From assembly GCA_964016885.1 (NCBI GenBank), contig OZ024741.1, positions 80,848,001-80,912,000 on the forward strand: a stretch of 64,000 nucleotides of DNA, given 5' to 3'. The DNA comes from Eledone cirrhosa. Taxonomy: Eukaryota. Shown in pieces: positions 10,704 to 24,324 of this stretch (positions are counted from its first letter, which is position 1; each line of letters opens with the position of its first letter). The notes beneath the pieces were generated by a model. It was not told the origin of the DNA and ran no database searches. It was given only the letters and a program-made list of their open reading frames with translations. The position numbers were made by a program, and so were the translations under genes.

Positions 10704-12586
10704 GGTACAAAGGACCAGTTACTTATTGATAAGATGGTAATGAGGAATTGCAGGAGGAGACACACTGGTCTTGCCATGGGATGGATAGACTACAAAAAGG
10801 CATTCGACATGGTACCTCATTCTTGGATAACCAAAAGCCTAGAGATCTTCAGGGTGTCAGATAACAACAGACAGTTGTTGAGCAAAAGTATGAAGTCCTG
10901 GAAAACAGAGTTAACATCAGGCGGAGAATCCTTGGGAGGCGTGAGGATCAAGAGAGGCATCTTCCAGGGAGATAGTTTGTCCCCTCTGTTGTTTGTCCTT
11001 GCCCTGATCCCCCTGACCATTGTACTGCGAAAAGTGAGAGCAGGATACAAGTTGGGAAAGGGAGAGCTTACCATCAATCACCTCCTATTCATGGACGATT
11101 TTAAGCTCTTCGGGAAGAGTGAGAAGGAGTTGGATATGCTTGTTGACACTGTCCGTATTTTCAGCAACGATATATGTATGCAATTTGGTATTAGTAAGTG
11201 TGGAGTCCTTGTGATGAAGAGGGGTAAATTGAGCAGAAGCAACGGAATCCAGATACCAACAGGTGAGAAGATAAAGGAAATTGATGCTGAAGAGGGATAC
11301 AAGTATTTAGGTGTTCTGGAGGCTGATGACATCAAGAACAAAAAAATGAAGGAATTGATAAGATCTGAATACATTCGGAGAGTAAGGAGCGTACTAAAGT
11401 CACATCTGAACAGTAGGAATGCCATAAGTGCAGTAAATTCCCGAGCTGTGTCTATTATTAGGTACAGTGCGGGAATTCTGAGATGGAATGTTGCTGAACA
11501 AAAAGAAATGGATAGGAAGACTAGGAAGCTATTGACTATCTACAACATGTTCCACAAGAGGAGTGATGTCGATAGACTCTACTTAAGGAGATCTGAAGGG
11601 GGAAGAGGTCTTATCAGCATAGAGGACTGTGTTCAGATGGAGAAAAACAACCTACACAAATACGTGACCAATAGTAAGGAGCCAATGCTCAGAATTGTAC
11701 TGAAGGAGAGGACAATAGACCAGGGGATGTCCAAGGAGGAAATAACAAGGAGAAAGAGCAACCTTCATGAAAAATCCCTTCATAGTACCTTCTTTGAAAA
11801 AACGGAATTCAGAGATCCACAGACAAGGAACTGGTTGAGAAGAGGAGACCTTAAAAAGGCTACAGAAGGAATGCTAATGGCTGTGCAAGAGCAGGCCCTC
11901 AAAACGAAGTGGCTGAAACACCATATTTACAAGGAGGAGGCTAGCCCACTGTGCAGGATCTGTGGAGAGAGAGAGGAGACTGTAGCTCACATTGTATCCG
12001 AGTGTAAACACCTAGCCCAGTCTCACTATAAAGGCTGGAGACATGATGTGATGGGCAGGGTGATCCACTGGCATCTATGCAAAGTAAACAAGTTACCACA
12101 TTCTGAGAAGTGGTATGAGCATAAGCCAGAGTCGGTGATAGAAAACGATCAGGTGAAGGTGCTATGGGATTTTAGGATACAGACGGACAAGAAACTGGAA
12201 CACAATAGACCTGACCTGGTGGTTTTGGACAAGGAAAAAAGATCGTGCCTGATTGCGGATGTGGCCTGCCCATTCGACACGAGAGTGCAAGAGAAGGAGA
12301 GGGAGAAAATTAACCGATACCAGGACTTAAAGTGGGAGGTAAAAAGGATTTGGAACTGCCATGAAGTCAAAGTGGTCCCGATTGTCATAGGCGCACTAGG
12401 TACTATCTCAAAAAGTTTCCAGGGATGGTTAAAGAAAATTGGCCCCGCTCCGCTTTTTGGAACACTTCAAAAGGCATGCTTGCTGGGAACAGCAAGAACC
12501 CTCCGATACGTCCTGAATATCTGAGGCTGCAGCAAACTTTCAACAAACTTTCCAGTTAACTAACATCAATGACTGAGACTCAAAGA
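10704..12586 (+). mobile_element. R4/Dong-like copy C, 5'-truncated, same family as A
   Basis: Homology to A starts immediately after (TAA)n at 10681-10703; ends in a short (TAA)n tail. Confidence 0.92.
10734..12524 (+). CDS. C-terminal RT-CCHC-RLE reading frame of truncated copy C
   Basis: 596-aa open frame, highly similar to copy A (QGDSLSPLLF, FMDD, RPDLVV). Confidence 0.85.
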   Translation: MVMRNCRRRHTGLAMGWIDYKKAFDMVPHSWITKSLEIFRVSDNNRQLLSKSMKSWKTELTSGGESLGGVRIKRGIFQGDSLSPLLFVLALIPLTIVLRKVRAGYKLGKGELTINHLLFMDDFKLFGKSEKELDMLVDTVRIFSNDICMQFGISKCGVLVMKRGKLSRSNGIQIPTGEKIKEIDAEEGYKYLGVLEADDIKNKKMKELIRSEYIRRVRSVLKSHLNSRNAISAVNSRAVSIIRYSAGILRWNVAEQKEMDRKTRKLLTIYNMFHKRSDVDRLYLRRSEGGRGLISIEDCVQMEKNNLHKYVTNSKEPMLRIVLKERTIDQGMSKEEITRRKSNLHEKSLHSTFFEKTEFRDPQTRNWLRRGDLKKATEGMLMAVQEQALKTKWLKHHIYKEEASPLCRICGEREETVAHIVSECKHLAQSHYKGWRHDVMGRVIHWHLCKVNKLPHSEKWYEHKPESVIENDQVKVLWDFRIQTDKKLEHNRPDLVVLDKEKRSCLIADVACPFDTRVQEKEREKINRYQDLKWEVKRIWNCHEVKVVPIVIGALGTISKSFQGWLKKIGPAPLFGTLQKACLLGTARTLRYVLNI

Positions 12587-12603
12587 ACAATAATAATAAT
12601 AAT

Positions 12604-12838
12604 TGTTTCTACTTTTGGCGCAAGGCCAGCAATACCCAGTGCATTACTGGTAGTTTATTTCATCGACCCCGTAAGGATGAAAGGCAAAGTTAACCTCGGC
12701 GGGAATTGTACTCAGAATGGCAAGGGCCGTAACTCTATGCGTCAAAGCATGGCGTCCGACCCTCTACCGATACTGGGGTCGATTTAATCGACTTACCCCT
12801 CCGCCCAAATTACTGGCCTTGTGCCTATACTAGAAATC
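12604..12838 (-). mobile_element. tRNA-derived SINE with Meta-like core, rearranged (minus body 12604-12775, plus-strand tail 12775-12838)
   Basis: Reverse complement contains aactttgcctttcatccttacggggtcgatgaaata; homologous to 20356-20540 and 40175-40358. Confidence 0.75.
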
Positions 12839-15800
12839 ATAACAACAACACCATCAATAACAACAGCAACAACAAAAATAACAGCGGTAAGGTTGAGAAC
12901 GACAATAACAATGACAATAACAACAACAATAATAGTAGGAACAGTATCAACAAAAACAACAATAATAACAACAGCCACAATAACAGTAACAACAGCAACA
13001 GTATCAACGAAAACAACAACAACAACACCAACAACTGTACCAACGAAAACAACAACAATGGCACCGATACCTGTAATAGCGATCTCAGCACCACAAGTAA
13101 GACCAGTAGCGGCAGCAACAGTGGTGCTGCTGAAAAAGGGACCACTTCTTTTGCAGGTGTCGCCCAAAATATCGAGACAGTGTTAGTCACAGAGGAGGAG
13201 ATGGCAGTCGCAAGGGCCATGGTGTCAAGAAGCGCAAATAGAGTCTCCCTGAAACCCCCACTCGAATTTTTCAAGGACCAGCAGCTACGAACGGTGACTT
13301 ACCGCACCGTAAGCAAAATCTCACATCGGGTGGAGAGAGCCACGGAGGCTCAAATCCCAAGGGCCTTGGTGTGCGTCTGGGCACGCAAAACCCACATCAC
13401 CCGAGGCAGAAAGTACGCACAGTAGACGTACTTCTCGCCACCCCCCAGTAAGAAAAGTCTCACTCTTTAGAAATCCTAAAGAGTGAGGAGATAGTCTTGG
13501 TGCCCTCCTACTGCGGGCAGAAAATTGTGAGGGTCAAAGTGACCCAGGTCCCACCCGACGTGCCCATACCTTGGCTGGCCGCGTCTGTCCTTGCTGGAAT
13601 CGAGAACAGGACGACCATGCTGCAAGTAGAAAAAATAGGGAGAGAGAACTGGTCAGGTATAGGCATGCAAATGCCTATACAAACTGACCAGGAATGTATC
13701 GCCGCTATCCCCGATATCATAGACATCGAGGAAGGACTCCAACTCCCTATAAGTGTAGAAGGAAGACGGCCAAAATGTTATCTCTGTGGGTCGAAGGGTC
13801 ACCTCAGGGCCTTTTGCCCGCAGAAGATAGCGAAGAAGGCCCTTCTGCTTCCAATACCTGGTCCGCTGCTACCAAGAGCAGGGCAGGCAACAAACAAAGA
13901 AGCCCCTTCCACGGTGAGTAGGAGGGCAACGTCCGTAGCACCCGTACCAAGGCCACGGACAACTAAAGCAGCATCATCAGTGGCGGCAACACCAATAGCT
14001 ACATTTGAAGTAGCTACACCAGCAACAAAATTGCCGAAGAGGGCTTCACTACCACCACCAACAGCTGTGGAACACATACCCCTCCCACACGCCACAGAAT
14101 CCGACATGGAGTTTGAGGCGGGAGTGAAGTGGCAAACGGTCTGCCACAAAAAACCAAAAAAAATCCCCTTAGATTCACCCTCCAAAAGCGAAGGCATACA
14201 AAGAGGGGTAAAGGCAGCAAGTAAACTTGCAGCAACACCACCACCATCACCACCACAAGCACCACTGACAACAACAACCACACCACCACTAGCATCACCA
14301 AAAACACCAACAACGCAAACACAAGACACCCACACCAAACAGCAATAAGAAGAAAACAGCAACAAAATGACCCCTCCCCCCAAAAAGTACACAGCCATAA
14401 ACATGACAAAAAAAGAACTCATACAATATATAAAGCAACACACAGACATCACAGAAAAAAACTACTACACCCCACCAACACCAAGAACTCTCCCGACAAA
14501 CATAAACATCATCGAAATCTCAATAGAACAGTACAAACCTTTAAAACAAAAATTCCCCAACGCAGTTGGAGACTTCAGAGGGTCGGTTACCAAGAGGATA
14601 TACACTGACATCCTCTTGTAAACACCCATGACCACCCAAAGAGACGGTTCTACTGTCCCTTCACCACACGAACAAGGTAAGTGACCCTTTCTCACTTGCC
14701 CCGTTTCTCATCCAACATGGCCGTACTTAGAATAGGCAGTATAAATGCACGTGGCCTGGGGGTCATCTTGGAAGCAGGGTCACCTGCTCATTGACCTCAG
14801 GTAACTAAACATAGATGTGGTGGCCATCAGTGAAACGAGAATCTCCGAAGCACAAGCCTTCGCACCGATCTTCGGCGGCTACAATGCATACGCATCTCCC
14901 AGCCGTCCAGGATCGGGGGGAGGGGTCGCCGTCCTTTTTCGGAGAGGATTGGATCTCGCGATACGGGCCATCTTCCTAGACCCAGAAGGTAAGTCGGTGG
15001 TGCTGGACGTGACCGGCAGCGAAGGCAATGCTTTCAGGCTAGTAGCCGTCTACGCCCCAACAGGGACAGGACGGCCAGATTTCTTCAGACGTCTAGAGAC
15101 CTTTCTTGGAACGTCCCGCTCTTTAGTGTTAGTGGGCGATTGGTACGGTATCTTGGATGCACGCTGGGATCGTGTGGGGCTAGTGGATAGGTAAGGAGAG
15201 TGCAAGAGCCTCACCAACCTGCTCAGACGTTTTGAATTGTCTGACAGGTATCGACTGGATCACCCGAATGTGCCAATGTGGATATGGACAAACCGCATCG
15301 GGTCATCCAGATCGTATCTCGATAGGGTATTCTGCAGAGAACTAGATAAGGCTAGTATAAGTTGTCCACAATTTAAAATAGTCGACTACACAGACCACAA
15401 ATTTGTCATCTGTGAGATCGACATAGACAGACTTCATAGACAGACTTCATAGACATACTTCATAGACAAGGGCTTGGTTACTGGAAGCTGAACGCGTCTT
15501 TCCCGGCGCGCAAAGCCTACAGAGACCGTATTAGCGAATTAGTTAAGCGGGCGTTGACGGGAGCGATCGTCAACAACAGGTGGTGGTTTGCCCTGAAAAG
15601 GGCAATTAAAGTAGAGTCGATTAGGTTTAGCAAAGGAGTGGTGATAGTGGAAAATAGAGTAGAGGGAGAGCTAGTCAGAAAGCTAGAAGAGGCGTTTAGG
15701 ACAACCGACGTGCTTGCGGCGAGATTGGCATTCGACCAATTCTTCAACGCAAAACACGAATGCTGAAAAACACGAATGCTTCAACGCAAAACACGAATGC

Positions 15801-18464
15801 TTGTCAGAGCTAGAGCGCGTGCTCTGAAACACGAGGGGACAAAAGCCGTCCAATGGGCCCGGGTGGCAGAGGCGCGACGTGGCAACAAAGCCACAATTCG
15901 GTCTTTGTCTGACCAAAACGGGTGCGTGATGCTCGAACCCGAGCGGATGTGTGAAGCTTTTCAGCAGCACTTTGCTGAACTGTTCGGGAGCGGCGGCGGC
16001 CCGGATCGGGACATGGACTTCAGTGCATACCTCGACGGACTGTCTCGGCTCTCGACGACCGCAGCACAGTGTTGCGAAAAGACAATAACAGCCGGTGAAA
16101 TACGGGAAGCGATGGCTAACTGCACAAGGGGTAAATCGCCAGGTTTGGATGGTCTGCCCTACGAGCTTTATGCATTTATGCCAGACTTGTTCGGTGACCT
16201 CTTGGCAGACGTCTACTGCAACTGGCAGCAGAACGGGAGCATTCCCAGTTTTGTGAGCCGGGGAGCAGAGGCGCTGCTGAGAAAAGACCCGAACAAGGGG
16301 GATGTTATCGATAATTTCAGGCCCATAACCTTGCTAAACGCAGAGTTCAAGATTTTGGTCAAGGTGTTAGCAACGAGGTTGGCGCTTGTCGTCAAGCGTC
16401 TGGTGGGAGAGGCTCAGACATGCGCCATTCCGGACAGATCCATACACGACAACCTCCACCTCATGCGATACATCATAGAGAGGGTGGTTAAGGAACCTGG
16501 CAAGGGTGTGGCCCTGATCAACTTGGATCAATCCAAAGCATTTGATAGGGTCGACCATCGGTACCTGGCGGCGGTCCTCGAGGCAGCCGGTTTCGGGCCT
16601 GTTTTCAGGGGTTGGATCGCAGCAATGTACAGCGACATCTGCTCAGTTGTGAGGGTGAACGGTCACCTGTCGCAGCCGTTCAGCATCATGCGCTCAGTTC
16701 GCCAGGGTTGTCCCCTCTCGTCCCTCTTGTATTGGCTCTCGAGCCGTTACTGCACAAACTGGGGGCGATGAGGGGCGTCCCACGCGAACTAGGATGCGGG
16801 AAATCTGAGTCGGCTTACGCTGACGACGTCACCGTGGTGGTGTCGAGCACCAGATACGTCTAGATGCTCGGCACCGCTCTCAAGGAATACGAAGCGGTGA
16901 CAGGAGCAAAGATAAACCAGGAAAAGTCGGTGGGCTTGCAGCTCGGCACCTGGAGAGGCAAGTCCATGCCGTCCGACAGCGTCGTGGGGCGTTGGACGGA
17001 CGGACCGGTTAAATTGCTCGGGGTCTGGTTCGGACCGGACCTCCAGATGGAGAAAAACTGGAACGATGAGACGAACAAGGTGGCCTCCCTCACCCAGAAA
17101 TGGGCTGAGAGGAAGCTGTCCCCGAAAGGCCGAGCGGAGGTGGCGAATGCGTACATCGCATCCGTCATCTGCTACCGCCTCACCGTCGTCCCTTGCTCCA
17201 GCCCAACTCTCACCAAAATGGAGCGCCTCCTCTTCCGATTTTTTGTGGAAGGGAGGCGCTCCCATGGTCAGACGATCCATCTGCTGTCAACACCCGTTGC
17301 GTGGAGGACTGGGCATGCCATGGCTGATGATGCGCAAACATGCGCTGAGGCTGCGACATCTCTGGTGCTTCCTTGATGATGAACAGGTGTGGTCGCCGTT
17401 CGCCAGGCACGTTTTCCCACAGCTCGTCTCCTTGACGGAGCTTCAGCCCTGGGTCAGAAAAAGACCGAGGGATAGCGCTTGGAAACTGGAATGTCTCCAG
17501 GCGCTCACTGCCCTCTGTCAGCTGGGTACCAGTATCGGTGGAACATCCACCTCGGCGTTCTATAGAGGACTAGTGGAGGGGAAGAGCGACGACATTCTCG
17601 GAGAGATCCTGGGCGTCGAAGAAGATCAGCTGTTTGCTCTCTTCCGGAGAACTTTCAGCCCGGGGCTTATGGATAACTTCCAAAAATCCCTGGCATGGCA
17701 GTGCTACCGGGGAGAGCTGCCGGTTCGAGATAAGCTCTACAGGAACGGAAGTGCCATCAGCCGAGCCTGTCCGAGATGCGCGCAGAGCGACGAAACCGTT
17801 GTGCACGCACTCGTTCAGTGCCTGAGCATTGCTAACTTGTGGAGCTATGTCGAACAGTTGCTGTCGCGTGTGGGACTGATCCGGTTGTCGACTGAGTCCA
17901 TTGTGCAGATGGTCTCGCCGTCTTCCTTCGAGGAGGAAGGGCAGGCAGTTTTCATCTGCCTGGTGGCCATGGCGAAAGAGATTGTGTGGTGGACAAGGTT
18001 CAAAAGGGTTAAAGACAGACACTTTCCTCTTCGGCGAATCCCTAATTAACTTTTTCAAGTTTCACTTGAAGAGGAAAATCAGGGTGGAGAGGCAAGTGCT
18101 GCTTTCTAGCAAGTTTGTTGAAAGGTGGGTGAATGTAGCGAGAATATACGTCTGTAGTTTGAGAGATGGAAAAATTGAGAGAGGGCGCTTGCCTGGGTGG
18201 TCAGGGTGGCCGTGGTCTTTTGTGTGGTTTTCGCCACGAGTAACCCTCGGAGGTTTCCCCCCTACCGAGGAATTTTTCATTGTTTCAATTTTCATTTTTA
18301 TTGTTTATATATATATATATGTTTCTATGTCCTTTTTTTTTCTTTTCTTATATAAATAATAAAAATATTTACACGCACAAAACACACATCGTACCGCCCT
18401 GTACCGTCATGTGCTGTCTGTAATGTTTTTCTTGATGTCAGCCCTTGTGGCCAATAAAGAAATC
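12839..18464 (+). mobile_element. Tx1-like copy D, decayed, 5' end missing
   Basis: ORF1 remnants (CYLCGSKGHLRAFC), ORF2 remnants, 3' end gcccttgtggccaataaagaaatc + (ATT)n 18465-18488. Confidence 0.9.
14717..18157 (+). pseudogene. ORF2 APE-RT of copy D, multiple stops and frameshifts
   Basis: Fragments 14817-15194, 15237-15452, 15776-16771, 16612-16863 (AYADD), 16864-17376, 17066-18049 are collinear with copy B ORF2. Confidence 0.9.
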
Positions 18465-20355
18465 ATTATTATTATTATTATTATTATTGGCGACCTACGT
18501 AGTAAATCGTATTATCGTGAGCTCCGCAAAGGTTTTTTATTTTCAGCTGTTTAAAATTGCCATTTATGGAATTTTTTTTATTGTTAACTGTATATAAGTG
18601 CACATACATTGATCTCTGAAAAGGACACTCAAAAAGATTGGGGCCTTGAGCCCAAAATTTAAACTTTTTATAATTATCAAACAAAAAAAATTTCTTTGAA
18701 AAATCATGACCGACTCACAGCTAAACCCAGTAGCTGAGAGCCTTCCTCACAAACTAACACCTCACACCAACACCACCATTGTAAATATTACTACGTTTGC
18801 CAACACTAAAAATATAAGCAGTAGCAATATTTTAAATTTGTCTAGGCAGACATTCATTTCCCGCCATTACCAATGACTGGCCGCCACCCCCACCACCACC
18901 ACAGCGACAACAGAAACAAAAGAAAAAAATAAATTAACTCGTGATATCGAAATGAATTCAACCAAAATGAACTCTTCCACACCGAACACCACTGACGCCA
19001 CCACCACCACCACCACAACTGAAACTAAAATTAACAATAACAAGAATAACGATAACAACAACAGCAACAATGAAATTAAGAAAACCACCCTGAGTTTTGC
19101 CAGAATAGCAAAACAGTGCGAAGCATTCCAGGTAACTCAGGAGGAATTAGAAGAAGCCAAAAAAATGGTAAAGAAAGATGGGTACAGGGTCAACCCCCCC
19201 CCCCCACCTAATAAAATGGAGCATCGGCGCCTATGCACCGTGTCTTATCGGACGATTAACATAAAATCGCGCCGAGTGGAACGGGCATCCGAGTCCCAAA
19301 TCCAAAAGCTTTGGGACATGTGTGGGCAAAAAAAACCCACATCAGACGTGGGCAGAAATATGGAACCGTGGACGTGTTCTTTGAAACATCACAGGAGGCC
19401 AGAGAACACTCCATGGCCCCATTAAGAAGTGTCGACTTCACACTCGTCCCAAGCTATTGTGGCCAGAGACTCGTGAAGATCAGGGTGACCCACATTCCAC
19501 CGGCCATCGAAATTCCCTGGCTAATAGCTGCCGTCCTCGCCGGCATCGAAGCCAACACCAAGATAATCGAAATAGCGAAAGAAAAGCAGGAGAACTGGTC
19601 CGGATCTGAGATGGAGCTCCTGATCCAAACGGACCAAAAAAGCATTGAGGATATCCCAGAGGTAATAGATCTCACTGACGGCAGCCACCTCACCGTAATC
19701 GTCGGGGGCAGAAGGCCTAAGTGTGTCGTTTGTGGGGAAGGAACCCACCTAAGGGCTTTCTGCCCTCAGGCTAAAAGGTTGAGGCCACCTCTTTTACCCA
19801 CCCCAGTGACTCAACCATCAATACCACCAGCAGCAGAGATGGCAGCAACAACTGTAGCAGCAACAACAGAAGCAACTGTAACAGCAACAACCCCAGCAAC
19901 AGTAGCAAAACCAACACCACCACCACCCAACGCGCCAGAACTAGCACTAGCGCCTACACCATCCACTACGCCACAACCAACGCCTGTGGAGGATTTTCCA
20001 CTCCCCGGCCTATCACAACTGGAGACAGATTGTGACGACAAGGAGTGGGAAACGGTATCAGGAAAAAAGAAAAAAGAAACCAAAAAAGAAAAAATTCTCT
20101 TCCCTCCCCCTCCAAAAACAAAATACAAAGGGAAACAAATAAACTATCAAACAAAAAAGTTAGGACAGATATGCCACCATCCACACCAGCATCACCAACC
20201 CCATCACCACAAACACAAACATTAACCCCAAAACTACCATCACCAACACCACAAAAGTCACTAAAAAGCGAAACAGAAACAAACCCACAACGAACGCAAA
20301 CAAAACAAAACAACCAAAACGATACACACTACACAGCATTAAATTTGAACAACAA

Positions 20356-20540
20356 GGGCGGTGGATTGACAGTATCGGTAGAGAGTCGGACGCCATGCTT
20401 TCCAGCATAGTTACGTCCCTTTACGGTCTGAGTTCAAATCCCGTCGAGGTTAACTTTGCCTGTCACCCTTACGGGGTCGATAAAATAAAGTACCAGTAAT
20501 GTACTGAGTAATTGCTGGCCTTGTGCCTAAAGTAGAAACA
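20356..20540 (+). mobile_element. tRNA-derived Meta-like SINE with 18-bp target-site duplication
   Basis: Box B-like gagttcaaatccc; core; TSD attaaatttgaacaacaa at 20338-20355 and 20541-20558. Confidence 0.88.
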
Positions 20541-20856
20541 ATTAAATTTGAACAACAACCAATTATTACACTACATCCAACACAACACCAGCATCACAGA
20601 AAAAGACTACACAACAACCCAAAAGTTCACACCATTCCACACATACAAATCACTCGCATCACACAGAAAACGTACACGACACTAAAACAAAAATTCCCCA
20701 AAGACATCGGAGACTTCCTACAAGCACTCTCCAGGAGGATTTATAAGGACATCCTTCCGGAGGAGGCCACAAGCAGTGAAAAGGATGGACAAACGATCCT
20801 TCCTCTACGAGAAATAAGGTAAGTGGTCTTGCCTATCTTTTCCACTCCTTTTCAAG

Positions 20857-23800
20857 ATGACCTCACTCAGAATAGGCAGCATAAATGCGCGTGGCTTGGG
20901 GTCGTCATGGAAGCTGGGCCACCTGCTCAACGACCTCAGGTCACTAAACATAGATGTAGTGGCCATCAGCGAGACCAGAATCTCCGAAGCACGGGCCTTC
21001 GCGCCGATCTTCGGCGGCTACGATGTGTACGCATCTCCCAGCCGTCCTGGATCGGGGGGAGGGGTCGCCGTCCTTTTTCGGAGAGGTTTGGATCTCGCCA
21101 TACGGGCCATCTTCCTGGACCCAGAAGGTAAATTGGTGGTGCTGGACGTGACCAGCGGAGACGGGCAAGCTTTCAGGCTAGTGGCCATCTATGCCTCGAC
21201 AGGAGCAGGACGGCCTGATTTCTTCCGGCGTCTGGAGACCTTTCTTGGAACGTCCCGCTTTTTAGTGTTAGTGGGCGACTGGAACGGGATCTTAGATGCA
21301 CGCTGGGACTGTGTGGGATTAGCGGATAGGGGAGGACGTTGCAAGAACCTCACCAACCTGCTCAGGCGTTTTGAACTGTCTGACAGGTACCGATTGGATT
21401 TCCCGAATGTGCCAATATGGACTTGGACAAATCGCATAGGGTCATCCAGATCATATCTAGATAGAGTATTTTGTAGGGAAATAGATAGGTCTAGCATAGG
21501 CTGTCCACAATTCAAGATAGTCAGCTACACGGACCACAAATTCGTGATCTGTGTGCTTGACATAGATAGACTTCATAGACGAGGACCCGGCTACTGGAAG
21601 CTAAACGCGTCCTTACCAGCGCGCAAGGCCTACAGAGACCGGATTAGCGAATTAGTTTAGCGGGCGTTGACGAAGGCCATCGTCAACAACAAGTGGTGGT
21701 TTGCTCTGAAAAGAGCGATTAGAATAGAGTCCATTAGGTTTAGTAAGGCTTTAGCAATAGAGAAAAATAGAGCAGAGGGAGAACTAGCGGGCCGAATCGA
21801 GGGATGGACTTTAGTCTACCTCGACGGACTGCCGCGGCTCTCGGCCACTGAGGCGGAGTGTTGCGAAAAGCCGATAACAGCCGCTGAAGTACGGGAGGCA
21901 ATGACTGGCTGCACAAGGGGTAAATCGCCTGGTTTGGATTGTCTGCCCTATGAACTTTACGTACAGATGCCAGACTTGTTCGGAGGCCTCTTGGCGGACG
22001 TCTACTGCAACTGGCAACAGAACGGGAGAATTCCCAGCTCTGTGAGCCGAGGAGCTGTGGCACTGCTGAGAAAGGATCCGAACAAGGGGGATAACAGATA
22101 ATTTCAGGCCCATAACTCAGCTAAACACAGAGTGCTAGCAAAGAGGTTGGCGCTTGTCGTTGGTGGTCTGGTGGGAGAGGCGCAGACGTGCGCCATTCCC
22201 GACAGATCCATCCATGACAACCTCCACCTCATGCGATACATCGTGGAGAGGGTAGCTAGGGAACCTGGCACGGGTGGGTCCTTGATCAATTTACATCAGT
22301 CGAAAGCTTTCGATAGGGTCGACCATCGTTACCTAGAGGCAGTCCTGAGGGCGGCTGGCTTTGGGCCCGTCTTCAGATGCTGGATCGCTGCCATGCACAG
22401 CGACATCTGCTCTGTGTTGAGAGTGAACGGTCACCTTTCGGAACCGTTCAACATCATGCTCTCGGTCCGCCAAGGATGTCCCCTCTCGTCCCTCTTGTAC
22501 TTATTGACTCTGGAGCCATTACTGCACAAACTGGAGACGTTGAGGGGGGGGGGGGTCCCGCGCGAACTAGGATGCGGAAGATCCGTGTCAGCATATGCAG
22601 ACGATGACACCGTAGTGGTGTCGAACGCCAAACACATCGAGGCGATCGGCACTACACTAAGAGAATACGAAGCGGTGACAAGAGCAATGATCAACCAGGA
22701 AAAGTCAGTGGGCCTGCAGCTCGGAACCTGGAGAGGCAGGTCCATGCCGTTCAACAGCGTCGTCGGACGTTGGACGGACGGACCGGTTAAATTGCTAGGG
22801 GTCTGGTGCGGTCCGGACCTCCAGACGGACAAAAACTGGGACGAGGTGACGAGCAGGGTGGCTTCTCTGACCCAGAAATGGGCGGAGAGGAAGCTATCCC
22901 TGAAAGGTCGAGCGGAGGTGGCTAACGCGTACATCGCGTCTGTCATCTGCTACCGCCTGACCTTCGTACCTTGTCCTAAGCCCCGCCTGACTGCGCTGGA
23001 GCATTTGCTCTTTCGCTTTTTGTGGAAGGGACGCGCTCCAATGGTCAGGCGGTCCATCTGCTGTCAACACCCGCTACGTGGAGGGCTGGGAATGCCGTGG
23101 CTGATGATGCGCAGACACGCGCTCAGGCTACGACATCTCCACCTCTTCCTCGACGGTGATCAGGTGTGGTCGCCGTTTGCTAGACACGTATTTCCCCAGC
23201 TCGTTTCCTTGACGGAGCTGCAGTCCTGGGTCAAGCGAGGACCGAGAGGGAGCGCCTGGAGACTGGAATGTCTTCAGGCGCTCTCAGCCCTCGACCAATC
23301 GGGCAATGTGATCGGTGGAAACTCCACCTCGGCGTTCTATAGAGGATTAGTGGAGGGGAAGAGCGACGACGTACTTGGGGAAACTCTAGGCGTCAACGAA
23401 AATCAACTAGCCAATCTCTTCGGAAGAACTTTCGGGCCGGGACCTATGGACAACTTCCAGAAATCTCTGGCCTGGCAGTGCTACCGAGGAGCCTTGCCAG
23501 TTCGGGATAAACTCTACAGGCATGGAGGTGCCGTCAGCCGGGCATGTCCGAGATGCGCGCAGGGCGACGAAACCGTCCTGCACGCACTCGTCCAGTGTCC
23601 GAGCATTGCTGACTTGTGGGTTTATGTCGAACACCGGCTGTCACGTGTAGGACGGATCCAGCTATCAGCTGAGTCCATCGTGAGGATTGCCCCGCCCTCT
23701 TCCTCTATCCGCGAAGGGCAGGCAGTTTTTATCTGTCTGGTGGCCATGGCGAAAGAGATAGTATGGTGGAAATGTTTGAAAGGGCTGAAGACGAGCACTT

Positions 23801-23949
23801 ACCTCTTCGGTGATGCCCTGATTAACATTTTCAAAATGATTAACATTTGGAAGAGAGAAGTGCTCTCTTCCAAGCATTTTGTTGAAAGATGGGTGAGAGA
23901 AGCAAGTATGGCCCGAGTGAATTGGCCTACTCTGAGTATGTGTCTTTAA
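20857..23949 (+). pseudogene. ORF2 APE-RT of copy F
   Basis: Near-identical to B ORF2; stop at ~21658, ~290-bp deletion near 21790, small deletions near 22095-22135. Confidence 0.9.
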
Positions 23950-24194
23950 ATTAAAGGTGGAAAACTGGGAGAGGGCACTTTCCCTGGTGGTCAGGGTCAC
24001 TGTGGCCTTTTAATGGGCTTTCTCCACAAATGTCCTTCGGAAGTCTCCCCCCTATTGGGGAATTTTTCATTGTTATTTTTATTACATCCTCTGTTTTTTT
24101 TACACGCAGAAATGCCCATTTGTACGGTCCTGTATTGTCCTGTACTGTCCTTAATGTCTACTTTATGTAAACCCTTGTGGTTAATAAAGAAATC

Positions 24195-24247
24195 ATTATT
24201 ATTATTATTATTATTAGTAGTAGTAGTAGTACTAGTAGTAGTTACTA

Positions 24248-24313
<66 letters not shown>

Positions 24314-24324
24314 ATAATAATAAT
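24195..24324. repeat. Compound (ATT)(AGT)|(ACT)(AAT) microsatellite between tail-to-tail copies F and G
   Basis: Seen directly; polarity switches near 24243. Confidence 0.9.

Larger units (their letters stand above)
18489..24194 (+). mobile_element. Tx1-like copy F, apparently full length but disrupted
   Basis: Starts after (ATT)n; ORF1 fragments 18952-20822 (CVVCGEGTHLRAFC) interrupted by a SINE; 3' UTR nearly identical to B. Confidence 0.9.
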
